DNA of 64,000 nucleotides from the NCBI GenBank assembly GCA_964654465.1, contig CAZZIO010000040.1, positions 64,001-128,000 of the forward strand, written 5' to 3'. The translations under genes and the position numbers were made by a program. This document shows positions 29,124-38,999 of the stretch, in pieces; within the stretch, counting starts at the first letter, position 1; every line of letters starts with the position of its first letter. The notes beneath the pieces are model-generated. The model searched no databases. It saw only the letters and a list, made by a program, of their open reading frames with translations, and was not told the origin of the DNA. Source of the DNA: an uncultured Dictyoglomota bacterium (GTDB taxonomy: Bacteria > Dictyoglomota > Dictyoglomia > Dictyoglomales > Dictyoglomaceae).

Positions 29124-30182
29124 TTAAAAAACTGAAGAAATTCTTTGTAACCTGCTTAAAGCCTCTCTTATTTTTTTAGCTCTCACCTCCCCAACCCCTT
29201 CTATATTATCAAGATCCTCGAAACTACTTTCTATAATTTTAGGCAAACTACCAAAATATTCTACAATATTATCAATAATAGCAGACGGAATAGATGTTAT
29301 TCGATTTAGAATTCTATAACCTCTTGGTGTTACTAATATACTTATTTCTATCTCTTCTTTCTTGTATCCCAATATCTCACCTGCAACTATAGCAAACTCT
29401 TGAAAATTTCCTTTGAAATTATCTAAAAGCTCCTTCAAAATTTCATCTGCTTCAGTAGGCTTCCTCTTGTAATCTTTTATAACCAAAATTGTCTCTTCCT
29501 TAACACCTGCAAGTAAAGCTTCTAACTGTATTTCAATTAACCTTCCTTCTATGCCAAGTTCTATAAGATAATTCTCTACTTCTTTATGAATTGTGAATAG
29601 CATACATGCCCTATGCAAAAATATAAGCACATCATAAAGGTTGACTTGATTTTCCAATTCTAAAGAATTTAACCTATTCAAAAGATCATCATATATATTC
29701 CTGTATCTTTCCATAGTTTGAAGCGCTTGAGAGGCTTTAGTTAATATTTCTCCTACATCTCTTAGAACATACTTCCAATCATTCTGAAAAAGGGTAATCG
29801 TATCCTTTCTTTGAGAAACACTAATAACTAAACATCCTATCTGCCTTGCCACTCTTTCTGCTGTAGCATGTCTTGCTCCTGTTTCAGAAGAAGGAATATT
29901 GGGATCAGGTAATAACATCACATTTGCATAAAGAATTTTCTTTGCTTCTTTACTCAGTATTATTGCTCCATCCATCTTTGAAAGCTCATAAAGCCTATTG
30001 GGGGTAAATTCTATATCTAGTGGAAATCCACCATTCATAATTGGTTTAAGTTTCTCTGACTCTCCTATTACTATTAATGCTCCGGTTTTTGCTTTTACAA
30101 TCTGCTCTAAGCTTTCCCTTAAGGGTGTACCTGGAGCCACAAACTTCAATGCTTGTACAACAAATTTTTTTGGCTCTGCCAT
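29124..30182 (-). CDS. disA: DNA integrity scanning diadenylate cyclase DisA
   Basis: APGTPLRE, ELSKMDGA, ETGARHATAER, SQRK, PRGYRIL, HhH (EGVGEVRA); radA-disA synteny. Confidence 0.95.
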   Translation of the reverse strand: MAEPKKFVVQALKFVAPGTPLRESLEQIVKAKTGALIVIGESEKLKPIMNGGFPLDIEFTPNRLYELSKMDGAIILSKEAKKILYANVMLLPDPNIPSSETGARHATAERVARQIGCLVISVSQRKDTITLFQNDWKYVLRDVGEILTKASQALQTMERYRNIYDDLLNRLNSLELENQVNLYDVLIFLHRACMLFTIHKEVENYLIELGIEGRLIEIQLEALLAGVKEETILVIKDYKRKPTEADEILKELLDNFKGNFQEFAIVAGEILGYKKEEIEISILVTPRGYRILNRITSIPSAIIDNIVEYFGSLPKIIESSFEDLDNIEGVGEVRAKKIREALSRLQRISSVF

Positions 30183-30183
30183 T

Positions 30184-31533
30184 TTAACCCCACACCTTCT
30201 CTATTTCTAAAATATTAGAAACAGGAATGAAATAAAAATCCTCTTGATCTATAATTTTACTTTTAGAAGGAATTATTGCTTTTATAAAACCAAATTTCTT
30301 TGCTTCCAAAATTCTCTTTTCTAAATGTGGTATACTTCTTACTTCTCCTCCTAATCCTATCTCACCTATTGCTATCAAATCATGGGGAAGAGGTTTATCC
30401 TTTAGAGCAGAGAGTATGGCCAACACTATCCCTAAATCAATTGCAGGCTCTTCAATTTTTAAGCCTCCTACTACATTGAGAAAAACATCTTTATCAGAAA
30501 AATTAATTCTAAGTTTTTTCTCTAAAACTGCTAAAAGAAGTATTACCTTATTCAAATCTATTCCTGATGTAATTCTTCTTGGATACGTTGTATTGGTTTT
30601 ACTAACCAATGCTTGTACTTCAACTAATAAAGGCTTTGTACCTTCCATTATTGGTATAACTATTGATCCTGATATAGCTAAATTCCTATTCTCAAGTAAT
30701 CTTTGAGAAATATCTTCAACTTCAATTAAACCCTCATCCTTCATCTCATAAAGCAGAAAGTCATTAGTTGGTCCAAACCTATTTTTTACAACCCTAAGTA
30801 CTCTCAAATCACTATATCTTTCCCCTTCCAGATACAAGACCACATCCACTAAATGTTCTAATAATTTTGGACCTGCTATATCTCCTTCCTTTGTTACATG
30901 GCCTACTAAAATTACAGGGATCTTTGTTTTTTTTGCAAAATTTACCATCTTATTAGTACATTCCCTTACTTGAACTACATTACCAGGAGATGTAGGAAAT
31001 TCAGAGGAATAAACAGTTTGAATAGAATCCACAATTACCAAAGAATAATCAGATTTTTCTATAAAGGGTAAAATCGCCTCAATATCCCTTTCACATACAA
31101 AATCTATTTGAAGATTTGAACTATTTTTTGAAACTCTCTTAAGCCTAATTCCTACTTGCGAAAGAGTCTCTTCTGCCGATAAATATAAAACCTTTGCATT
31201 TTTACTCTGAATAGCAACAGCAATTTGTAAAAGTAGAGTAGATTTTCCTATCCCTGGTTCTCCACTTAATAAAATTACAGCCCCCTCAACAATCCCCCCT
31301 CCCAATATAAAATCAAATCCTCTTAACCCACTTTGTAGTCTTTTCTCTTCTAGTTGTGATATAGAATCTAATCTTACAACTTTTAAATTTTCTTCACCTT
31401 TTAATGTTTTACTTTCCTTTTCAGAAATTTCTATAAAGGAATTCCAACTTTGACAGTTAGGACATCTGCCAAACCATCTTATACTTTCGTATCCACATAC
31501 TTGACATACAAATTTAGTTTTGATTTTCGTCAT
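30184..31533 (-). CDS. radA: DNA repair protein RadA/Sms
   Basis: CQVCG...CPNC, GEPGIGKSTL, VDSIQT, KNRFG, Lon-like C-terminus. Confidence 0.98.
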   Translation of the reverse strand: MTKIKTKFVCQVCGYESIRWFGRCPNCQSWNSFIEISEKESKTLKGEENLKVVRLDSISQLEEKRLQSGLRGFDFILGGGIVEGAVILLSGEPGIGKSTLLLQIAVAIQSKNAKVLYLSAEETLSQVGIRLKRVSKNSSNLQIDFVCERDIEAILPFIEKSDYSLVIVDSIQTVYSSEFPTSPGNVVQVRECTNKMVNFAKKTKIPVILVGHVTKEGDIAGPKLLEHLVDVVLYLEGERYSDLRVLRVVKNRFGPTNDFLLYEMKDEGLIEVEDISQRLLENRNLAISGSIVIPIMEGTKPLLVEVQALVSKTNTTYPRRITSGIDLNKVILLLAVLEKKLRINFSDKDVFLNVVGGLKIEEPAIDLGIVLAILSALKDKPLPHDLIAIGEIGLGGEVRSIPHLEKRILEAKKFGFIKAIIPSKSKIIDQEDFYFIPVSNILEIEKVWG

Positions 31534-31541
31534 TTACATTT

Positions 31542-34007
31542 TTATTTAGATGGCTCCTTTGCTAAAGTGACTTTTTTGAAAACAATATTACCATCTTTAC
31601 TAAGTTCTGCCTTTATAATATCTCCTTCATTAAAATCGCCCTGAAGGATAAACTCAGCAAGTGGATCTTCAATATAATATTGAATAGTTCTCTTCAATGG
31701 TCTTGCACCATATTGAGGATCATACCCTTTTTCTAATAAGAATTCTTTTACATCATCAGAAAGTTCTATATCTAATTTTTTTTCTCTCAATCTTTCTCTA
31801 ACTGGTTTCAAAAGAAGATCTAATATTTTTCTAAGATCTTCCCTTGTTAATGGTCTAAAGAAGACAATCTCGTCCAATCTATTCAAGAATTCAGGTCTGA
31901 AATATTTCTTCATTTCCGAAAGGATAGTTTCCTTTATCTTATCAAAGGATTTTTCTCGATCCTCTTTTGAGGCAAACCCTATTGTAGCTTCTTGTTTGAA
32001 GTATTCAGCGCCAAAATTAGATGTCATTATTAATATGGTATTTCTAAAATTAACTCTTCTTCCATGTCCATCTGTAAGCTGTCCTTCATCCATTATTTGC
32101 AGCAATATATTAAAAACATCACTATGGGCTTTTTCTATTTCATCAAATAGGATAACAGAATAAGGTCTTCTATGAACCTTTTCCGTTAACTGACCACCTT
32201 CCTCATATCCTACATATCCAGGGGGAGCACCAATAAGTCTTGATACAGTATGTTTCTCCATATATTCAGACATATCTAATCTAATTAAAGCATTTTCATT
32301 TCCAAAAAGGTATTCAGCTAAAGCTCTTGCTAGCTCAGTCTTTCCAACACCTGTTGGACCTAAGAACATAAATGCACCTATAGGTCTTCTTGGATCTTTC
32401 AAACCAGATCTTGATCTTCTTATAGCCCTTGACACAACACTTACAGCCTCATCTTGAGAAATAATTCTCTTATGAAGTTCTTCTTCCATTCTGAGTAATC
32501 TTTCTCTTTCTTCCATAAGAAGTTGTGCTACAGGTATACTAGTCCAGCTTGCCACTACCTGAGCTACATCCTCTGGAGTTACCACTCCTTCATTCTCAAT
32601 AGATGTGGTAGCTAAGAAATTCTTAAGATATTCTTCAATTCTTCTTTCCTCATCTCTAAGTTGAGCAGCCCTTTCAAAAGCTTGATTTCTGATAGCTATT
32701 TCTTTTTGTTCTCTTATTCTTGCAAGTTCCAATTCTAAATTACTATGAGCGGTAGATTTCTGTCTTTTCAGTCTGACCCTTGCAGCTGCCTCATCTATTA
32801 CATCTATAGCTTTGTCAGGAAGAAATCTATCAGTGATATACCTTACAGAAAGTTTAACAGCCTCTTCTAATGTTTCATCAGAAATTTTAACCCTATGATG
32901 AATTTCATATTTTTCTCTCAATCCCTTAAGAATTTCCAATGTCTCTTCTGGAGTTGGCTCATTAACTATAACAGGTTGGAATCTCCTTTCTAAAGCTCCA
33001 TCTTTTTCTATATATTTTCTATATTCTTGGGGAGTTGTTGCTCCAATAACTTGAATTTCTCCTTTTGCTAAAGAAGGTTTTAAAATATTAGCTGCATCTA
33101 CAGCTCCTTCAGCAGCTCCAGCTCCAACTAAGGTATGAATCTCATCTATAAACAAAACTACATCCTTTGCCATCTTTACTTCTTCTATTATTCTCTGCAT
33201 TCTTTCCTCAAACTCACCCCTATACTTTGTACCAGCTACTATGCTACCCATATCTATAGCTACAATTCTTTTATTTAACAATGTTTCTGGTACATCTCCT
33301 TCCACAATTTTTTGGGCTAATCCTTCCACAATAGCTGTCTTCCCTACTCCAGGTTCTCCAACAAGTACTGGGTTATTCTTAGTTCTTCTACTCAATATTT
33401 GAATTATTCTTTCTAATTCCTTTTCTCTCCCAATAACAGGATCAAGTTTGCCCTGTCTTGCAAGCTGAGTTAAATCTCTACCAAATTCATCCAAGGTGGC
33501 TGTTATAGCTCTCTTCTTCTTATTTGTATTCTGGGAAGCAATTTGTCTTCCCTTTACCTTTGCGGGATCAATTGGTTCTCCTAATAACTTAAGTATTTCT
33601 ACTGTAACATCCTCTATCCTTACTCCCATTCCCTCTAACACGTGAGCTGCCACACCTTCTCCTTCCTTCAACAACCCAAGAAGTAAATGCTCTGTACCAA
33701 TATAATTATGATTCAATTCTTGCGCAGATTCAGAAGCATACTCTAAGACCTTCTTGGCCCTTGAAGTAAAAGGAAGTGCTCCATAGGAGGTACCATCACC
33801 ACGACCTATTAGTCTCTCTATCTCACTCCTGAGGTAATTAAGATCAAGACCCAAGTTTATTAAAACTTGAGCAGCTATGCCTCCATCCTCACGGAGTAAC
33901 CCCAGGAGAATATGTTCTGTACCAACAGTAGAATAATTAAGCCTTCTTGCCTCCTCCTGTGCTAAGAGTAGTACTCTGTAAGCTCTTTGCGTCAACTTAT
34001 CCATCAT
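31542..34007 (-). CDS. clpC: Clp protease ATP-binding subunit ClpC
   Basis: Double ClpN repeats, [11 protein letters not shown] coiled coil, [12 protein letters not shown] loop, YGARPL. Confidence 0.98.
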   Translation of the reverse strand: MMDKLTQRAYRVLLLAQEEARRLNYSTVGTEHILLGLLREDGGIAAQVLINLGLDLNYLRSEIERLIGRGDGTSYGALPFTSRAKKVLEYASESAQELNHNYIGTEHLLLGLLKEGEGVAAHVLEGMGVRIEDVTVEILKLLGEPIDPAKVKGRQIASQNTNKKKRAITATLDEFGRDLTQLARQGKLDPVIGREKELERIIQILSRRTKNNPVLVGEPGVGKTAIVEGLAQKIVEGDVPETLLNKRIVAIDMGSIVAGTKYRGEFEERMQRIIEEVKMAKDVVLFIDEIHTLVGAGAAEGAVDAANILKPSLAKGEIQVIGATTPQEYRKYIEKDGALERRFQPVIVNEPTPEETLEILKGLREKYEIHHRVKISDETLEEAVKLSVRYITDRFLPDKAIDVIDEAAARVRLKRQKSTAHSNLELELARIREQKEIAIRNQAFERAAQLRDEERRIEEYLKNFLATTSIENEGVVTPEDVAQVVASWTSIPVAQLLMEERERLLRMEEELHKRIISQDEAVSVVSRAIRRSRSGLKDPRRPIGAFMFLGPTGVGKTELARALAEYLFGNENALIRLDMSEYMEKHTVSRLIGAPPGYVGYEEGGQLTEKVHRRPYSVILFDEIEKAHSDVFNILLQIMDEGQLTDGHGRRVNFRNTILIMTSNFGAEYFKQEATIGFASKEDREKSFDKIKETILSEMKKYFRPEFLNRLDEIVFFRPLTREDLRKILDLLLKPVRERLREKKLDIELSDDVKEFLLEKGYDPQYGARPLKRTIQYYIEDPLAEFILQGDFNEGDIIKAELSKDGNIVFKKVTLAKEPSK

Positions 34008-34038
34008 TTTCTATACACCTCCTTAACATGACACCTCC

Positions 34039-35094
34039 CTAATCTATTTTATAATTTTTGAAAACATCATGCAATAAATCTGCCCTCACCCTATCCCTTT
34101 CTTCAGAATCCATTTCTCTACCTAATTTAACTTGTAAATGAGCAGGCAACGTTAATATCAATAACAAATCTAATAATTTGATTGGTAAATTTATTATTTT
34201 ATAAAAAATACCAAATCTAATATTAGAAAGTAAAGAGATAGCCTCCAAACTTTCTAAATATTTAGCATAATTTATAATACCCCATGCTCTTCCAAAAATA
34301 TCTTCTACCCATCTTCTCCTTTCCTCAAAAAGTAATTCTCGAGCCTTTATTTCTTCATTGACGATTTTTAAAGCTATTTCTTCCATTTTTTTTATTAACT
34401 CTTCTTCGCTACAACCCAGAGAGGATTTACTTGCAATTTGATAAAAACCAGCTATAGCCTTAGTATTCTCACCATAAAAACCCCTAATCAAAACCTTAGA
34501 AGATCTCAACCTCCTAAAAAGAGTTTTAATTTTCCCAGTAAAAGTTAGACCCGGTAGATGTACCAATAAAGATATTCTTAGGCCACATCCTAAATTTGTT
34601 ATACAAGAGGTAAGATAACCCATACTATTATCAAAGGCAAAATCAAAATATTCCGAAATGTGGTTTTCCAAAGATTGAAGCATTTTCCAACTCTCATTAA
34701 TTTCTAATCCGCCACTTAAAACCTGAATTCTGAAATGATCCTCTTCATTTAACCTAATACTCAATTTACCATCTTTTCTTACAATAAGACCTGTACCAGA
34801 TAGATTATTAAACTGATCTTCACTTATTAGGTGTTTTTCTATTAAAACTTCAGATACTAATTTAGGTAATTTCTCCAATCTTAAAAAATCGTAATCTTTA
34901 TTAAATTTAGTGTCATTTTTAAATACCCATTCAACCTTATTTATAAACCTTTTTCTTTGCGGTTCGGAAGCTTGATTTGGGAATGGAAATTCTCTAACAT
35001 TCCTCGCTAATCTTATCCGAGTACTTAATATTATATCTTTATGTAAATTGCCTTCTCCAATCCACTTAAGATACTTATAATAGAATTCTCTCAT
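34039..35094 (-). CDS. mcsB: Protein arginine kinase McsB
   Basis: STRIRLARN, EKHLIS, NEEDHFRIQ, GYLTSC.TNLG.GLR, RGFYGE. Confidence 0.93.
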   Translation of the reverse strand: MREFYYKYLKWIGEGNLHKDIILSTRIRLARNVREFPFPNQASEPQRKRFINKVEWVFKNDTKFNKDYDFLRLEKLPKLVSEVLIEKHLISEDQFNNLSGTGLIVRKDGKLSIRLNEEDHFRIQVLSGGLEINESWKMLQSLENHISEYFDFAFDNSMGYLTSCITNLGCGLRISLLVHLPGLTFTGKIKTLFRRLRSSKVLIRGFYGENTKAIAGFYQIASKSSLGCSEEELIKKMEEIALKIVNEEIKARELLFEERRRWVEDIFGRAWGIINYAKYLESLEAISLLSNIRFGIFYKIINLPIKLLDLLLILTLPAHLQVKLGREMDSEERDRVRADLLHDVFKNYKID

Positions 35095-35525
35095 CCACTC
35101 CTCTCATTCAATTTATTCAAGAAATCTCTTAACTTTGCTGCTTTTTCATAATCCTCTTCTTCTACTGCCTTCGACAATTCTATTTTATACCTAAGTATAT
35201 CTTCTTTTTTAGAAGTATTCTTAGGAATTTTTCCCTTATGTTCTTTGTTTCCATGATAACTCTTTATTATTTCTCCTAATTCATCCTTAAAAATAGAATA
35301 ACAATAATAGCAACCAACCATGCCTGTTTCTTCTATTTTCTTCCAGGTTCTTCCGCAATTAGGACATCTCTTTTCTTCCTTATCCTGAGAAAAGGCATTT
35401 TGAAAAAACTTCTTAATATATTCTTGCAAGCATTCTCCACAAAGGGAATATTTTCTTATTCCTTTCTCATCCTTTATCTCTAAAAGATATATAGCTAAAT
35501 TTTTATGGCAGAAATCACATTTCAT
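35091..35525 (-). CDS. mcsA: McsA activator (CxxC and UVR domains)
   Basis: [36 protein letters not shown]; start at ATG 35525. Confidence 0.93.
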   Translation of the reverse strand: MKCDFCHKNLAIYLLEIKDEKGIRKYSLCGECLQEYIKKFFQNAFSQDKEEKRCPNCGRTWKKIEETGMVGCYYCYSIFKDELGEIIKSYHGNKEHKGKIPKNTSKKEDILRYKIELSKAVEEEDYEKAAKLRDFLNKLNERSG

Positions 35526-36099
35526 TCCTTCCAATACACCTCTGTAAAAAATATTCGTGTATTCTTGTGTCATCCGTTAGCTCTGGATGAAAGGTTAATC
35601 CTAAAATACTTTTTTCTTCTACAAAAACAGGCTTTTCCATAAATACTCCAAGTACTTTGACATCTTTTCCTACATCTAATATCTGAGGTGCCCTTATAAA
35701 AACGGCCTCAAAAGGTTTATCTCCTATAGCTGGAATATCTAAATAGGTGGAAAAGCTTTCCCTTTGCCTACCGTACGCATTTCTTGAAACTGTAATATCT
35801 AAAACTCCCAAAGTTTTCTGATGAGGATGATTATCTATTCTTTTTGCAAGAAGAATTAAACCTGCACAAGTTCCCATTGCAGGAAGGCCAGCCTTTAGTG
35901 CATCCTGAAGTTTTTTAAATAATCCTGTATTTTCAAGGACAGTTAAAAAGGTAGTACTTTCTCCACCAGGTATAATGATTCCATCAATCTTATCCAAATC
36001 CTCAGGCTTCTTTATAAGAATAGTATCTACATCCAATTTTTTAAGCATATTTTTATGTTCAATTATGGAACCTTGAATAGAAAGTATACCTATTCTCAT
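35515..36099 (-). CDS. pdxT: PLP synthase glutaminase subunit PdxT
   Basis: [37 protein letters not shown]; start at ATG 36099. Confidence 0.97.
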   Translation of the reverse strand: MRIGILSIQGSIIEHKNMLKKLDVDTILIKKPEDLDKIDGIIIPGGESTTFLTVLENTGLFKKLQDALKAGLPAMGTCAGLILLAKRIDNHPHQKTLGVLDITVSRNAYGRQRESFSTYLDIPAIGDKPFEAVFIRAPQILDVGKDVKVLGVFMEKPVFVEEKSILGLTFHPELTDDTRIHEYFLQRCIGRNEM

Positions 36100-36100
36100 T

Positions 36101-36988
36101 TTACCAACCTCTTGTCTGGAGTAATTCAGTTTCATTCAACTTCCTTATGTCAATACCAGGCATAGGTTCTCCTAAATCCTCAGAAATTTCAGCTAAAACA
36201 TAAGGATCATCATAGTAGGTTACTGCAAGAACAATTGCCCTTGCTCTTTTTCTTGGATCCTTAGACTTAAAGATTCCAGATCCAACAAATACACCATCTG
36301 CACCGAGATGCATCATTAAGGCTGCATCAGCAGGCGTAGCTATTCCTCCAGCAGCAAAATTTACAACTGGGAACCTACCAAGCCTTTTTGTTTCCATTAA
36401 CACCTCTAAAGGAGCACCTAACTCTTTAGCTTTTGTTACCAACTCATCATCAGGTATTAACACTAAAGATCTTATTTCATCCATAATTTGTCTCATATGT
36501 CTTACTGCTTCTACCACGTTTCCTGTTCCAGCCTCACCCTTAGTACGTATCATAGCTGCACCTTCCGCAATTCTTCTTAAAGCTTCTCCTAAATCTCTGG
36601 CACCACAAACAAAAGGAACTTTAAAAGCATGCTTATTTATATGATACTTTTCATCGGCAGGTGTCAATACTTCACTCTCATCAATAAAATCTACACCTAA
36701 GGCTTCAAGAATCTGAGCTTCTACAAAATGCCCAATCCTTACCTTAGCCATAACAGGTATACTAACAGCAGACATTATCTCTTTTATCTTCTTTGGATCA
36801 GCCATTCTCGCCACTCCACCCTGGGCTCTAATATCAGCAGGTACCCTCTCCAAAGCCATCACAGCAACAGCCCCAGCTTCCTCTGCTATTTCAGCTTGCT
36901 CAGCATTAGTAACATCCATGATAACTCCACCTTTTAACATCTGAGCAAGACCTCTTTTTACTTTATCTGTTCCTGTAAATATTTCCAT
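36101..36988 (-). CDS. pdxS: PLP synthase lyase subunit PdxS
   Basis: [44 protein letters not shown]. Confidence 0.99.
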   Translation of the reverse strand: MEIFTGTDKVKRGLAQMLKGGVIMDVTNAEQAEIAEEAGAVAVMALERVPADIRAQGGVARMADPKKIKEIMSAVSIPVMAKVRIGHFVEAQILEALGVDFIDESEVLTPADEKYHINKHAFKVPFVCGARDLGEALRRIAEGAAMIRTKGEAGTGNVVEAVRHMRQIMDEIRSLVLIPDDELVTKAKELGAPLEVLMETKRLGRFPVVNFAAGGIATPADAALMMHLGADGVFVGSGIFKSKDPRKRARAIVLAVTYYDDPYVLAEISEDLGEPMPGIDIRKLNETELLQTRGW

Positions 36989-37031
36989 ATTTCACAACCT
37001 CCTTTAAGGAAAAGGAATATATTTTTTAAAA

Positions 37032-37060
37032 TGTATACTCCTTTTATAAAAAATTGTCAA
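37032..37060 (-). promoter_or_regulatory. Putative sigma70 promoter of the pdxS-led operon
   Basis: TTGACA (37060-37055), 17 bp, TATACA (37037-37032). Confidence 0.65.
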
Positions 37061-37063
37061 AAG

Positions 37064-37086
37064 TTAAAGTATTAAAAATACTTTAA
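37064..37086. repeat. Perfect 10-bp inverted repeat
   Basis: TTAAAGTATT-aaa-AATACTTTAA between the uvrC stop and the pdxS -35. Confidence 0.85.
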
Positions 37087-37088
37087 AG

Positions 37089-38879
37089 TTACCCATTAAA
37101 ATACATATATATCTTTTCAGCAACCTTTTCAGGAATTCCTGGTATGTTTTTTAGTTCTTCTAAAGAAGCCTTTTTTATGTCTTCTATAGAAGAAAAATGT
37201 TCCATAAGTATTTTCCACCTTTTCCGGCCAACCCCTGAAATTTTCATTAAGGAAGGCTCTAATATCTTTTTTCTATGAAGCTTTCTATGATAAGAGATTG
37301 CAAACCTATGAGCCTCGTCTCTTACATGTTGTAATAAATGAAGAGCATGGGAATCCTTTGGAAGAATAATTGGTTTTGATCTATTTGGAAGAAAAATCTC
37401 TTCATTTTCCTTAGCAAGAGCTATAATTAATTTAGGCTTTATACCTATCTCATTAAATACTTCCATAGCAGAGCTTAATTGTCCTTTTCCCCCATCAACG
37501 AGTACAATATCCGCCAAAGGATCTTCATCTATCATTTTTAATCTTCTTCTTAATACCTCTTGAAGCATTAAGAAATCATTTGGAAGTTCTTCTACGTACT
37601 TTATCTTATATCGTCTATACCTACCCTTATCAGGAAAACCTTTAAAAAAGAAAACTTTAGATCCTACAGCCTCCTTGCCTTGAAGATTTGAAATATCAAA
37701 ACCTTCTATGGACAATGGTATATCATCAAGCCCAAACAATTTTTGTAATTCTACGAGGGCTCCCCACACCTTCTCTGATTTTAAGCTTTCAATACTCAAA
37801 TCCTTTAAAGCCATTTCTAAAAGTTTACTTTCATCTTCATTTGCAGGTAGTCTTAAATTAACAGGTGCTCCTTTCTTCTCAGAAAGATACTTAATAATAT
37901 CAAAATCTTCATAAGATATTTCTTGAGGAATTATAATAATATCTGGAATTTCCCTATTAAGATAATACTGAAGAATAAAAGCTCTAATTATTTCATCTTT
38001 AACAAAATCATAAGAAAGATTTAAGACAAATATTCTTTTCTCTATTAATTTACCTTCCCTTACAAGATATACTAAAATTTTGGCCTTATGATCCTCAATA
38101 TATAACTGAATAAGATCTTTGTTTTCATTATTAAAAGAAATAATCTTTTGTCTTTCACCTAAATTCTGAAGAGTCTTTATCTTATCTCTCACTTTTGCTG
38201 CTTTCTCAAACTCTAAATTATCTGAATAATTCTTCATCTCTACAAACAATTTCTCAATTATCCTTTCATATTTACCTTCCAAAAAAGAAAGCACATCTTT
38301 TACCATATCCCAATACTCTTCCTTACTCACATATCCTTGACATGGAGCCTTACAGTTACCTATGTAATAATTAAGACAAGGCCTTTTAGGCTTGCTTTTT
38401 GGTAAGTTCCAATTACAAGATCTCAGATTAAATATTTTCTTAACGAGAGATATGGTTTCTCTTACAGTACTACTTTGAGGATATGGGCCAAAATATTTAG
38501 CCCCATCATCTTCAAATCTTCTTGCTTTAATCAGTCTTGGATATTCCTCATTTATGGTAAGTTTTAACAATGGATACTGCTTATCATCCCTTAGCTGTAC
38601 ATTCATTATAGGTTTATACTTTTTAATCAAAACGGATTCAAGAATTAAAGCTTCAGTTTCCGAATCGGTAACATAGTAGTTAACATCCTTAGATTTTCTT
38701 AATATATATTTCACTTTTGGAGAATCGTCAGTTAAATAGGACATTACCCTCTTTCTTAGATTTTTTGCCTTGCCCACATAAATTACTTTTCCATTATAAT
38801 CATTAAAAAGATATACACCAGGTGAATCTGGAAGATTCTCAATCTTTTCTTTTATTCTCTTATACATTTCCTCCATCAT
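37089..38879 (-). CDS. uvrC: Excinuclease ABC subunit C
   Basis: PGVY...YVGKAKNLRKRV (GIY-YIG), Cys cluster, FDISN, DGGKGQL, RDEAHRFA, HhH. Confidence 0.98.
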   Translation of the reverse strand: MMEEMYKRIKEKIENLPDSPGVYLFNDYNGKVIYVGKAKNLRKRVMSYLTDDSPKVKYILRKSKDVNYYVTDSETEALILESVLIKKYKPIMNVQLRDDKQYPLLKLTINEEYPRLIKARRFEDDGAKYFGPYPQSSTVRETISLVKKIFNLRSCNWNLPKSKPKRPCLNYYIGNCKAPCQGYVSKEEYWDMVKDVLSFLEGKYERIIEKLFVEMKNYSDNLEFEKAAKVRDKIKTLQNLGERQKIISFNNENKDLIQLYIEDHKAKILVYLVREGKLIEKRIFVLNLSYDFVKDEIIRAFILQYYLNREIPDIIIIPQEISYEDFDIIKYLSEKKGAPVNLRLPANEDESKLLEMALKDLSIESLKSEKVWGALVELQKLFGLDDIPLSIEGFDISNLQGKEAVGSKVFFFKGFPDKGRYRRYKIKYVEELPNDFLMLQEVLRRRLKMIDEDPLADIVLVDGGKGQLSSAMEVFNEIGIKPKLIIALAKENEEIFLPNRSKPIILPKDSHALHLLQHVRDEAHRFAISYHRKLHRKKILEPSLMKISGVGRKRWKILMEHFSSIEDIKKASLEELKNIPGIPEKVAEKIYMYFNG

Positions 38880-38885
38880 AAATAA

Positions 38886-38914
38886 ATTTTAAATCAGTGT
38901 AGATAAAAGTTCAA
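38886..38914 (-). promoter_or_regulatory. Putative sigma70 promoter of uvrC (leaderless geometry)
   Basis: TTGAAC (38914-38909), 17 bp, TAAAAT (38891-38886), 6 nt, then ATG. Confidence 0.65.
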
Positions 38915-38927
38915 TTTTTACTAAAAG

Positions 38928-38956
38928 TTGCATCCTGAGAAGTTATAGGTTATATT
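38928..38956 (+). promoter_or_regulatory. Putative sigma70 promoter of the argS operon
   Basis: TTGCAT (38928-38933), 17 bp, TATATT (38951-38956). Confidence 0.55.
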
Positions 38957-38999
38957 ATTAAAATAGTTTTACAAAATAAATTATAGGGAGTAAAAAAGC

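Noticed and set aside
38901-38912. Possible LexA box at the uvrC promoter (AGAT-AAAA-GTTC)
   Set aside because: Only one half-site of GAAC-N4-GTTC matches, and it coincides with the -35
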